DNA from: an uncultured Candidatus Saccharibacteria bacterium
GTDB lineage: Bacteria > Patescibacteriota > Minisyncoccia > Phycocordibacterales > UBA9973
Length of the DNA stretch: 64,000 bases
Reading direction: 5' to 3'
Assembly (NCBI GenBank): GCA_964441495.1
Contig: CAYTXV010000004.1
Coordinates: 210 to 64,209, forward strand
The first letter of the stretch is position 1. Every line of letters starts with the position of its first letter. The notes under the pieces were generated by a model. The model had not been told where the DNA came from and did not search any database. It saw nothing but the letters and a program-made list of their open reading frames with translations. This document shows, piece after piece, positions 53,922-62,734 of the stretch. The position numbers and the translations under genes are program-made.

Positions 53922-53973
53922 ATGTGGTGATTGGTATATATCTAATTGGTATATCCCACTTTATCATGGATAT

Positions 53974-54008
53974 AAAAAAAGTCAAATACTCTCAGTGTGG
54001 TATTTGAC
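53974..54008 (-). terminator. intrinsic terminator after rseP
   Basis: On the minus strand, GTCAAATAC-10 nt-GTATTTGAC is followed by TTTTTTT. Confidence 0.8.
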
Positions 54009-54040
54009 CCTTATATAGCAATGGTTTTTGAGGTGAGCAG

Positions 54041-55084
54041 CTATAGTGCAGCGCGGATATCCCCTATCGTGAGGAACACCATGAGTCCGATGAGTATCAA
54101 GAATCCTACTGTGTGAATGATACCTACAACTGTTTTTGAAAACTTGCGCCCTGTGAGCGCTTCGGCCCACACGATGATGAGTCTCCCGCCGTCGAGCGCT
54201 GGAAATGGCAAGATGTTGAGCACTGCAAGGTTGATAGAAATCGTTGCGACAAACGCAAGGAGGTAGGTGAACCCAATAGTTGCAGCAGTGCCGACTTCAC
54301 GTGCAAGTCCGACAGGTCCAACAAGACCGATCGTTGAACCTTGTCCACTAAAAAGTCCAACAATCAAACCGCCCAGTGTCTCAAATATCATTTGAGTAAG
54401 TCCTATGCTTTGGTGCCATGCAGTTGCAAGTGCTTTGAGTGGCGGTTGTTTGATAGTACCAATCGGTTCGATAGCAACACCGATATGTCTCTGCGCGTCC
54501 GGAGTGATAGAAACACTAGACTCAACACCGTCACGCGTATAGGTCACGACAACATCAGTCGTTGTTGCTTGAAGTTTCTCACGTAGTTGTGCTGTATCGA
54601 TTGTTTTGAGTGTTTGCGTGCCGATACGGATACTTTCAATCTTGTCTCCAACGACGATTCCGCTCTGTGCAATAGGTCCACCGGCAACAGTGCTCACCAC
54701 AGTTGGCGTACCGTTTGGGGTTACGCCCGGAAGTCCGATGATGTACCCAACACTAAACAAAACGATTGCAAGAATAAAGTTACATACAACACCAGCAACA
54801 AGCACAAGTGTCTTTTTGTACCAAGGCTTACTATCAAACTGCCGCTCGGGAGATACACCGCTTTCCTGGCCGTTTTCCCCTGCTATCTTTACGAAGCCTC
54901 CGATTGGAAGCGCATTGATAGAGTAGGTTGTCTCACCATGTGTCCATGACCACAAACGTGGAGGGATACCGAACCCAAACTCTTCGACAAGCATGCCGCT
55001 TTTTTTGGCTGCAATGTAATGTCCCCACTCATGAACGAGCACTGTGACGAGCAACACTGCAATAAAGATAATGACAGTCATCAC
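54041..55084 (-). CDS. rseP: RIP site-2 metalloprotease RseP (M50)
   Basis: HEWGHYIAAKKSG (HExxH), a PDZ segment, and NILPFPALDGG. Confidence 0.94.
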   Translation of the reverse strand: MMTVIIFIAVLLVTVLVHEWGHYIAAKKSGMLVEEFGFGIPPRLWSWTHGETTYSINALPIGGFVKIAGENGQESGVSPERQFDSKPWYKKTLVLVAGVVCNFILAIVLFSVGYIIGLPGVTPNGTPTVVSTVAGGPIAQSGIVVGDKIESIRIGTQTLKTIDTAQLREKLQATTTDVVVTYTRDGVESSVSITPDAQRHIGVAIEPIGTIKQPPLKALATAWHQSIGLTQMIFETLGGLIVGLFSGQGSTIGLVGPVGLAREVGTAATIGFTYLLAFVATISINLAVLNILPFPALDGGRLIIVWAEALTGRKFSKTVVGIIHTVGFLILIGLMVFLTIGDIRAAL

Positions 55085-55086
55085 TC

Positions 55087-55623
55087 CTAACTCTGGATAT
55101 CGGTTTCTTTACGCTTGTATTCTGCTTCAAGTACTGCGTTTGCATCATCAACAAGCTTTTGTAGTTCATCTTTTGCTTTGTGAAGTGTGTCTTCGGGGAG
55201 ATCAGCGTCTTTGAGCATGCCGAGCGCAGCTTCACGAGCCTTGCGTACTGTGATACGTGCGTCTTCAAGTTTTTCTTTGGCGATCTTGGCAAGCTGTGTC
55301 CGGGTTTCTGTCGTCAGCGGAGGGATGATCACACGTACACCAGCATCGTCAACCGCGATAGAAAAGCCGAGGTTTGCACTATGAAGCGCGCGCTCGATGT
55401 CTTTGATTTGAGATTTGTCCCAGGGAGCAACACGAAGTGTCTTGGGGTCTTCGATGTTGATACTTGCGACGTTCTTGACGGGCTGAAACGATCCATAACT
55501 CTCTATCTGCACACCATCCAGAAGTGCTGGAGCTGCTCGACCGGTGTGGATCTGTGAGTATTCTTTCACAAGCCACTCTCGTGCCTGTGCTGCATCTTTT
55601 TTAAATTGATCTAACGTATACAT
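55087..55623 (-). CDS. frr: ribosome recycling factor
   Basis: HTGRAAPALLDGVQIESYGS...ITVRKAREAA. Start trimmed to MYTLDQF (55623). Confidence 0.94.
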   Translation of the reverse strand: MYTLDQFKKDAAQAREWLVKEYSQIHTGRAAPALLDGVQIESYGSFQPVKNVASINIEDPKTLRVAPWDKSQIKDIERALHSANLGFSIAVDDAGVRVIIPPLTTETRTQLAKIAKEKLEDARITVRKAREAALGMLKDADLPEDTLHKAKDELQKLVDDANAVLEAEYKRKETDIQS

Positions 55624-55640
55624 ACGGTGACGATTATAGC

Positions 55641-55676
55641 ACAAAAGAACCTTTTCGCTTGTTTGGAAAAGGTTCT
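55641..55676 (-). terminator. intrinsic terminator (11-bp perfect stem)
   Basis: AGAACCTTTTC-9 nt-GAAAAGGTTCT with a T-run on the minus strand, downstream of gene 55683..55967. Confidence 0.8.
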
Positions 55677-55682
55677 TATTGA

Positions 55683-55967
55683 TCACTCTTTTGGTGCAGG
55701 ATAATACTTTAAAAGCTTATGTGCTCGAATAACAACATGCATTGCACTATCTCGAACCTTCTGACGAAGGACTACAAGATCGTGATCCTTGGCCCAAAAT
55801 GTGTTTGGTGCAGTTGTAGAAACTGTTTCCAAAACACGAACTTTTGTGTAGCCACCAGGGACGGTTCTTACTGAAACAAGGGTTACCCTTTTTGCAAGAT
55901 AGAGGGTATCTTGTGCATATACATGCGCTCCAGCACATACAAAAAGCAGGAACAGTATTTTTTTCAT
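55683..55967 (-). CDS. small secreted hypothetical protein
   Basis: Signal peptide MKKILFLLFVCAGAHVYA|QD. Start trimmed to 55967. Confidence 0.55.
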   Translation of the reverse strand: MKKILFLLFVCAGAHVYAQDTLYLAKRVTLVSVRTVPGGYTKVRVLETVSTTAPNTFWAKDHDLVVLRQKVRDSAMHVVIRAHKLLKYYPAPKE

Positions 55968-55994
55968 TGGCGTAGGTTTTGCCAAAGTATAGCA

Positions 55995-56594
55995 CTACAA
56001 GACTGCGGTCACTGCATATTCAACAACAAACTTTGTTGGCATGTTTGCTTTGAACAGGAGCGCTTTTGCTTCATAGATCGCACGGGCCTTTGCCATATCG
56101 CGCCCAACAAGCACCTCAAGCTGATCAAGAAATCGTGTGGCATCAGCACGTTTTGTTGCAGCATCATCGACGCGATCGGTTCCAAATTCTTTTTTGACGT
56201 ATTCAAGGAGTGCGCTCTTTTTTATTTCAAGGGTCGCAACTGTTCGGTTCTCTAGTGGCAAAAGCATGACGCGCGACCTGATTGTTTGCGGGATGGCATA
56301 TGGGTACGGCGTGATAAGTACAACAACTGTATGCATATCAGGTTCTTCAAAAGACTTGAGGAGTACCTGTGCAGCTTCAGGCATAAACACCGGTGTATAG
56401 ATAACGAGTATCCGCTCTGTGCCTGTGCCTTCAGTAATCCATGTTGCTACCGTACGAGCATCGTCCATCGTGAAGCGCGCTACAGTAAGCGCGTGGAGTG
56501 TGTGTTGATCTTGAAGCGCACATACCTTGCGATAGGTTTCTTCATCACCCTGCATGAGAAATATCCGTTGTGGGAGGTACTGTGTAAACATCAT
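55995..56594 (-). CDS. holB: DNA polymerase III delta'-like clamp-loader subunit (short, no Walker A)
   Basis: AAQVLLKSFEEP and the sensor-1-like TIRSRV. Shows 4-nt overlap with the mreB stop. Confidence 0.7.
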   Translation of the reverse strand: MMFTQYLPQRIFLMQGDEETYRKVCALQDQHTLHALTVARFTMDDARTVATWITEGTGTERILVIYTPVFMPEAAQVLLKSFEEPDMHTVVVLITPYPYAIPQTIRSRVMLLPLENRTVATLEIKKSALLEYVKKEFGTDRVDDAATKRADATRFLDQLEVLVGRDMAKARAIYEAKALLFKANMPTKFVVEYAVTAVL

Positions 56595-57604
56595 CGCTTT
56601 ACAAGGATAGAGCGCTTATATTCATCAAGGTGTCCCAGGAGTATCCCTGTACCATTGGCAACTGCGTATAGTGGATCATCTGCAACACGTACAGTGATAC
56701 CTGTCTGCTGTTCGATAAGCGCTGGGAAGTGCGCGAGCCCTGCTGTCCCACCTGTCATGACGATACCGTTGTCGATGATGTCGCTTGCAAGCTCAGGTGG
56801 TGTTTGCTCAAGCACGCTCTTGATGCCTTTGATGATGAGTTTGAGTTCATAGTCAATCGCTCGTGCAAGTTCGTTGGTAGTTACACTAATCGTAACAGGA
56901 AGTCCAGATACCGCATCGCGACCTTTGACCTGACCAGTAACATCTGGATTGATAGGGAGCGCAGAAGCAAGTGTCTTTTTGAGTTCTTCGGCGGTCTGGT
57001 CTCCGATAACAACGTTGTGGGTGCGTTTGATGTAGTCGATGATTGCTTGATCGAGCTTGTTACCACCACACTTAACCGATGTCGATGCGACGATACCACC
57101 GAGCGATATAACCGCAACATCAGTTGTTCCTCCTCCCGAATCAATGATCATGCACCCTTTTGCATCGTTGATCGCAACACCAGCGCCGAGCGCTGCAAGT
57201 ACTGCCTCTTTGACGATGATGGCACTTTTGGCGCCTGCCTGGATGGTTGCCTCGATGACTGCGCGTCGCTCTGTAGAGGAAATCCCTGCGGGAACAGAAA
57301 CAAGCACATCTGGTTTAAAGAGTGTTGTTCGTCCGAGTGTCTTGGTGATGAAGTAGCGAAGCATCGCATACGTGATGTTGTAGTCAGCGATTGCTCCATC
57401 TTGCATCGGGCGATAGACAGTGATCGTATCTGGGGTTTTGCCAATCATATCTTTTGCTTCTTGACCGATAGCAACGATTGCTTTTGTCGTCCGATCAACA
57501 GCTACTACTGTTGGTTCGTTGAGTACCACCCCTTTGCCCGCGAGATAGACCAAGGTGTTTGTTGTGCCGAGATCGATCCCGAGCTTTTTGGTAGCTTTCC
57601 ACAT
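56591..57604 (-). CDS. mreB: rod-shape determining protein MreB
   Basis: [40 protein letters not shown]. Start trimmed to MWKATKK (57604). Confidence 0.95.
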   Translation of the reverse strand: MWKATKKLGIDLGTTNTLVYLAGKGVVLNEPTVVAVDRTTKAIVAIGQEAKDMIGKTPDTITVYRPMQDGAIADYNITYAMLRYFITKTLGRTTLFKPDVLVSVPAGISSTERRAVIEATIQAGAKSAIIVKEAVLAALGAGVAINDAKGCMIIDSGGGTTDVAVISLGGIVASTSVKCGGNKLDQAIIDYIKRTHNVVIGDQTAEELKKTLASALPINPDVTGQVKGRDAVSGLPVTISVTTNELARAIDYELKLIIKGIKSVLEQTPPELASDIIDNGIVMTGGTAGLAHFPALIEQQTGITVRVADDPLYAVANGTGILLGHLDEYKRSILVKR

Positions 57605-57631
57605 AATACTAATAGATAGTATAGTGCATCT

Positions 57632-59503
57632 ATGCACGTGGCAACAATCATCCCTATCGCCCGCGGGATCCCGTTTGATACACTCACTTACTACTCTCCG
57701 ACAGAACTTCGGCCGGGAACACTTGTTTCAGTACCCTTTGGCAAGCAGCTCATCGTTGGCATCGTCTGTGTCTCGACACCTCTTGCCGAAGCAAAAACAC
57801 TGATCAAATCTGCAACCTTTTCACTCAAAAAGATCAAGCAAGTACTGGGACATCTTCCCTACTTTGAACAAGCGATCGGTGCACTCCAAACAGCAGCAAT
57901 CGCTACCTTTGCACCGCTCGGAGCAGTTGCTGGTGCGGTGATCCCACAGTTTCTCTTTGAGTACATGCAAGGAGAAAAGCTCTCTGATCTACTACAGACA
58001 CAACCCGCGCCTCCAGAAGTATCATCACAAGAACATGTCATTGTTGCAACACAGACAGAACGAGCCGATCAATACAAACGACTCATCAGAAGCGCGTTTG
58101 CAGAAAAGCAAAGTGTGTACTTTGTTGCACCAACGATTCGCGCACTTGAACAATGGAAAGATATCCTTTCCAAAGGAATCCAAAAACATGTTGTCGTAGT
58201 ACATGGCAAAACAACCAAAAAGGCACTTCGTGGTGCGTTTGCACTTATCAAAACAAGTGAACGTCCGCTCCTTGTGTTTGTGACACCAGGATACTTTTTG
58301 ATACCGCGCAGTGATCTAGGATATGTCATCGCCGAAAACGAAAGTAGTACGCTCTACAAAACACACGATCGCTACAACATCGATACACGCATCATTATCA
58401 AAGGGTTTTGTGAACTTGCACATGTCGAGCTCACCTGGGGAGATGCTCTGCCACGGTTTGAAACACTTGAGCGCCTGGGTGCAGCCCACCTGCCACGTGC
58501 GTATATCCCCGACAAACTCCACATCGTCCCGATCGAACATTATCGCACTGTGCTTCCTTCAGAAGTCATGGATCTCATCCGTCATGGCGAAAAGAAAAAA
58601 GTGCGACTCTTTGTCTACACCAACCGCAAAGGTATCGCGCCACTATCACGCTGTAGTGACTGCGGCACACTGGTTGCCTGTCCTACGTGTGCACTACCGA
58701 TGGTACTGCGCGCACGGGTCCGTGATGGAGAGTCAGAACGATTCTTTGTCTGTACACACTGCGGCGATGAGCTCCCTGCTACACATCTGTGTGAATACTG
58801 CGGATCATGGAACATCACTCCTGTTGCGATCGGCACCGAAAGCATCGCACATGAAATCGCTTCTCTTGTCGACAAAGAGTCTGTGTACGCCATCGATGAC
58901 GATCTGACTCCTGATGCTCCTGGTATCCAAAAGCTGCTCGATGAAATCCATCACAAAAAGTTTGCAGTTATCGTCGGCACTACAAAGGTGCTCCCGTATC
59001 TACGTGGGATCCACTACACACTCATCCCGTTTTTTGATCGGATACTCTCAACACCTTCACTTTACACAACAGAACAAACACTCAGACTTATCATGGAGTG
59101 CAACGAACAATCTAGTGAAGGTGTTATTGTCTGCACGCGCGCACCAGCATTCGCATTTACCAAACACCTTGAGACACAAAAGATAAATAGCATCATCGCA
59201 GACGAACTCGCTCTGCGCAAAGATATCGGCTACCCACCATACGGCACACTACTGAAAATATCGCTCACTGTCCCCGAAGGACATCGTCACAAAATAAAAG
59301 AACTTGTCGAAGAATACTTTGCTGGAGCAGATATTTCTGCACTTGCGCCACGACGGATTAGCCCCGGAAGCATGAAAGTTCTCCTCGTCTGGATCATCAA
59401 AACAACACCGAGCTATGTCGAAGAAGAAAGTATGACGCTCACCATGTTTCTCGACAGTCTCAAGTTCCCTTATAAAATCGAGCAAAATCCTGAGCGGTTC
59501 TAG
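57632..59503 (+). CDS. priA: primosomal protein N' (PriA) homolog with degenerate helicase motifs
   Basis: PriA N-terminus (ATIIPIARGIPFDTLTYYSP), Cys-rich zinc region (CSDCG..CPTC...CTHCG...CEYCG) and C-terminal domain. The Walker A/B positions read VATQTERAD and VIAENES. Confidence 0.8.
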   Translation: MHVATIIPIARGIPFDTLTYYSPTELRPGTLVSVPFGKQLIVGIVCVSTPLAEAKTLIKSATFSLKKIKQVLGHLPYFEQAIGALQTAAIATFAPLGAVAGAVIPQFLFEYMQGEKLSDLLQTQPAPPEVSSQEHVIVATQTERADQYKRLIRSAFAEKQSVYFVAPTIRALEQWKDILSKGIQKHVVVVHGKTTKKALRGAFALIKTSERPLLVFVTPGYFLIPRSDLGYVIAENESSTLYKTHDRYNIDTRIIIKGFCELAHVELTWGDALPRFETLERLGAAHLPRAYIPDKLHIVPIEHYRTVLPSEVMDLIRHGEKKKVRLFVYTNRKGIAPLSRCSDCGTLVACPTCALPMVLRARVRDGESERFFVCTHCGDELPATHLCEYCGSWNITPVAIGTESIAHEIASLVDKESVYAIDDDLTPDAPGIQKLLDEIHHKKFAVIVGTTKVLPYLRGIHYTLIPFFDRILSTPSLYTTEQTLRLIMECNEQSSEGVIVCTRAPAFAFTKHLETQKINSIIADELALRKDIGYPPYGTLLKISLTVPEGHRHKIKELVEEYFAGADISALAPRRISPGSMKVLLVWIIKTTPSYVEEESMTLTMFLDSLKFPYKIEQNPERF

Positions 59504-59542
59504 CTCTTGCTCAGTCGCACGCTCTATGGTACGATATCGCCC

Positions 59543-59767
59543 ATGTCAATGACCAATATCGAACTCAAGAAAAATCCTCATGAAAACGGCCTTTCACTCT
59601 TGCGCCGGTTTTCACGCAAGATGCAGGAGTCAGGTATCATCCCCAAAGTTAAAGGAAATCGATACGCATCTCGCGACACTTCCAAGCTCGCACTCAAAAA
59701 CATGCGCCTCAAGAGCCTCGCTCGTCGCGCAGAAGTAGAGCGCCTCAAAAAGCTTGGTAAGATGTAA
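59543..59767 (+). CDS. rpsU: 30S ribosomal protein S21
   Basis: GLSLLRRFSRKMQESGIIPKVKGNRYASRDTSKLALK and a basic tail. Start trimmed to ATG 59543. Confidence 0.85.
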   Translation: MSMTNIELKKNPHENGLSLLRRFSRKMQESGIIPKVKGNRYASRDTSKLALKNMRLKSLARRAEVERLKKLGKM

Positions 59768-59772
59768 GACAC

Positions 59773-60201
59773 ATGGTTACTGAGTTTCCTAACCTCACCA
59801 TCTCCCACAGTGGCACTCTCCCCGAGGTGCCATTTTTGGCGCTTAAGGACAAGATCCTCGGCAAGCGCTACGATCTCTCTATCGCATTTGTGCCCAAGCA
59901 AAAGGCACAGGCACTCAACATCGCACACCGGGGCAAAGACTACACCCCCAACACACTCTCGTTTGAACTCTCACCAAAGAGTGGTGAAATCATACTCTGT
60001 TCGAGTATCCTGCGCGCACAGCATCGATCGTTTGATCTTTCGTACGATGATTTTGTCACATTTATCTGCATTCACAGTATGCTTCATTTGAAAGGAATGG
60101 AACATGGGAGTACAATGGAGCGTATGGAAAAGAAGTTTTGTACTCTTTTCATCTCTTCACACACTCATCCTCATGAAGCACACAACAACTGTCGGCATTG
60201 A
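59773..60201 (+). CDS. ybeY: rRNA maturation endoribonuclease YbeY
   Basis: Zinc motif IHSMLHLKGMEH (HxxxHxxxxxH). Confidence 0.88.
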   Translation: MVTEFPNLTISHSGTLPEVPFLALKDKILGKRYDLSIAFVPKQKAQALNIAHRGKDYTPNTLSFELSPKSGEIILCSSILRAQHRSFDLSYDDFVTFICIHSMLHLKGMEHGSTMERMEKKFCTLFISSHTHPHEAHNNCRH

Positions 60202-61339
60202 TATCGGGACATCACTGACTCGTGTTGTTGTCTGTGAGCACGAGCAGGCTGGACAACTTCCTCGTATCGTTGGTGTCGGTATCAACCCAAGTCGCGGTAT
60301 GCGTCACGGATATATCGTTAATGCACAAGAAGCAACAAGCGCTGTGACTCAAGCGCTACGAGATGCCGAAAAAGAATCTGGGAAACGTATCCGTCATGCA
60401 AGTCTTGCGATTGGTGGCGTCGGTGTTGGGTGTGAGTATGCAACAGGGGCTGCTATGGTTACTCGTGCTGACTCGATCATCAGCAAACTCGACATCGACA
60501 AAGCAATCGCAGATGCTGAAACAAAAGTAGAACTCAAAAACAAAGTTATCTTGCACGCCTTTCCGATAAGTTTCCGCGTCGACGGTACAGAACTTCCGAC
60601 AAGACCTGAAGGTGTCCAAGGATTTAAACTCGAAGTACATGTACTCTTTGTGACTTGTTTGCAGCAACATCTCGATGATCTCATCGCAGTTGTTGGACAA
60701 GCCGGTGTCAAAGTAACCAGCTTCACCGCAACGCCGATTGCAACTGAGCAGATACTCCTGACTGACCTGCAGCGCAACTTTGGCTGCGCACTCATCGACA
60801 TCGGCGCAGAAACAACCTCTGTTGCTGTATTTGAAAACGGCACACTAATGTCACTCTATGTGTTTGGTATCGGCTCGCTCGATATCACCAAAGACATCGC
60901 GCTTGGACTGCGCATCAGCCCCGAAGAAGCAGAAAGTGTGAAGCTTGGTGTTGTTGGCTTCAACAGTATCTCCAAGAAAAAGCTCGATGACATCATCGAA
61001 GCTCGTCTCTCAGATATCTTTGAACTTATCGACAAGTATTTCAAAAAGATCGGTCGCAGTGGACTACTACCTGCAGGTGCGATACTCACTGGTGGCGGAT
61101 CACAGATCCCGATGATTGAAACTGTTGCAAAAAATCTTTTGCGTATCCCGATCAAGATTGGTTTTGTCGAATTCCCTTCAGTTTCTGGTCCCAAAGCTTC
61201 CAAAGATCAACGTGTTGTTGTTGCGTACGGAGTAGCAACGGGTATCGTCGATCGTGTGAGCGCTCCATCACATCGAACCCATGATGCTGATGGAGTCATC
61301 GGTGTCATCAAAAACTTTTTCAAACAGTTGATGCCATAG
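60173..61339 (+). CDS. ftsA: cell division protein FtsA
   Basis: VGIDIGTSLTRVVV, ALIDIGAETTSVAVF, ILTGGGSQIP. Immediately upstream of ftsZ. Start trimmed to MKHTTT (60173), giving a 29-nt overlap with ybeY. Confidence 0.9.
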   Translation: MKHTTTVGIDIGTSLTRVVVCEHEQAGQLPRIVGVGINPSRGMRHGYIVNAQEATSAVTQALRDAEKESGKRIRHASLAIGGVGVGCEYATGAAMVTRADSIISKLDIDKAIADAETKVELKNKVILHAFPISFRVDGTELPTRPEGVQGFKLEVHVLFVTCLQQHLDDLIAVVGQAGVKVTSFTATPIATEQILLTDLQRNFGCALIDIGAETTSVAVFENGTLMSLYVFGIGSLDITKDIALGLRISPEEAESVKLGVVGFNSISKKKLDDIIEARLSDIFELIDKYFKKIGRSGLLPAGAILTGGGSQIPMIETVAKNLLRIPIKIGFVEFPSVSGPKASKDQRVVVAYGVATGIVDRVSAPSHRTHDADGVIGVIKNFFKQLMP

Positions 61340-61432
61340 AAGGATACGCGCACAAGATCTTGTCAATACTCATTGCGCTTCCCTGGGGTTCTGCTAGTAT
61401 AGATGCATACTCATTTTGTAGAGCACCCATCT

Positions 61433-62617
61433 ATGGCCAAAATCACCCCTGAGATAGAAACAGCAGCACGCATCAAAGTCATCGGTATCGGTGGCTCTGG
61501 CAAAAACGCACTCAACCACATGATCGAGAACAAGGTTCGTTCAGTCGAATTCATCGCGATGAACACTGACGTTCAGGACCTGCACAACTCACTCGCTGAC
61601 AAGAAAATCCACCTCGGCAAAAACCTCACCAAAGGTCTCGGTGCAGGCATGAACCCAGAAGTCGGTGCTCGTGCAGCCGAAGAAACCAAAGCCGAGATCC
61701 AAGACGCTGTCAAAGGTGCAGATATGGTATTCATCGCGTGTGGTATGGGTGGCGGTACTGGTACTGGTGGTGCATCGATCGTTGCGCGCCAAGCCAAAGA
61801 GCAAGGCATACTCACCGTAGCAGTCGTCACCAAACCGTTCTTCTTTGAAGGCAACCAGCGCATGCGTATCGCTGAACAAGGTATCGCTGAACTCGAAAAG
61901 GAGGTTGATGCGATCATTGTCATCCCCAACGATCGCCTCCTTGCGATCGCTGGTAAAGACACCACGTTCAAAGACGCATTTGCGCGCTGTGACGAAGTCC
62001 TCCGTCAGGCAGTCGAAGGTATCAGTGAGCTTATCGCATCTCCTGGTATCATCAACGTCGACTTTGCCGATATGAAAAGCGTGCTTACTGACGCAGGTAC
62101 CGCACTCATGGGAGTCGGCTTTGCCTCAGGTGATGGCCGTGCTGAAAAGGCAGCGATCCAAGCAATCAACTCACCGCTTCTAGATATCTCTATCAACGGC
62201 GCAAAAGGTGTCCTCTTTGCGATCTCAAGTAACGACGACCTCACCATGGCAGAGTTCCAAGACGCTGCAAAAGTCATCACCGAAAGCATCGACAAAGACG
62301 CTCGCGTCATCATCGGTACTATCATCGATGATCGTATGAAAAAGGGTGAAATCAAGATAACTGTCATCGCAACGGGATTTCCAAGTGAAAACGGCAAAAA
62401 GGGCACACTCTTTACTCAGTCAGGTCGCGAGTTGTTCAACCGACAAGAACAAGCTTCTCAAGCAGCTGAACGTGCCCAGATGACAGCACAGGCTGCCGAA
62501 GAGCGCCCCATGGTGCAAAAGCCAGAACCTCGAGAAAGCGACATCGCTGACACTGTCGAAGACGACCTCGATAACTTTGGCGCGATCCCTGCATTTCTCC
62601 GAAGAAATAAGAAATAA
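61433..62617 (+). CDS. ftsZ: cell division GTPase FtsZ
   Basis: IGIGGSGKNALNHM, tubulin signature GMGGGTGTGGA, and the C-terminal peptide IPAFLRR. Start trimmed to MAKITPE (61433). Confidence 0.97.
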   Translation: MAKITPEIETAARIKVIGIGGSGKNALNHMIENKVRSVEFIAMNTDVQDLHNSLADKKIHLGKNLTKGLGAGMNPEVGARAAEETKAEIQDAVKGADMVFIACGMGGGTGTGGASIVARQAKEQGILTVAVVTKPFFFEGNQRMRIAEQGIAELEKEVDAIIVIPNDRLLAIAGKDTTFKDAFARCDEVLRQAVEGISELIASPGIINVDFADMKSVLTDAGTALMGVGFASGDGRAEKAAIQAINSPLLDISINGAKGVLFAISSNDDLTMAEFQDAAKVITESIDKDARVIIGTIIDDRMKKGEIKITVIATGFPSENGKKGTLFTQSGRELFNRQEQASQAAERAQMTAQAAEERPMVQKPEPRESDIADTVEDDLDNFGAIPAFLRRNKK

Positions 62618-62625
62618 GAAGAAGT

Positions 62626-62688
62626 AAAAACCACTATTTCTGAGTGTCTGGCTGAACTGACCCGAGGACCGAAGAAATAGTGGTTTTT
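62626..62688 (+). terminator. long-stem hairpin after ftsZ (16-bp perfect stem, 31-nt loop, A5/T5 flanks)
   Basis: AAAAACCACTATTTCT (62626-62641) pairs perfectly with AGAAATAGTGGTTTTT (62673-62688). Confidence 0.55.
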
Positions 62689-62734
62689 ACTTTGGAATTT
62701 TGTTTTTGGAATAGAAACGGTATACTCAAACCCT

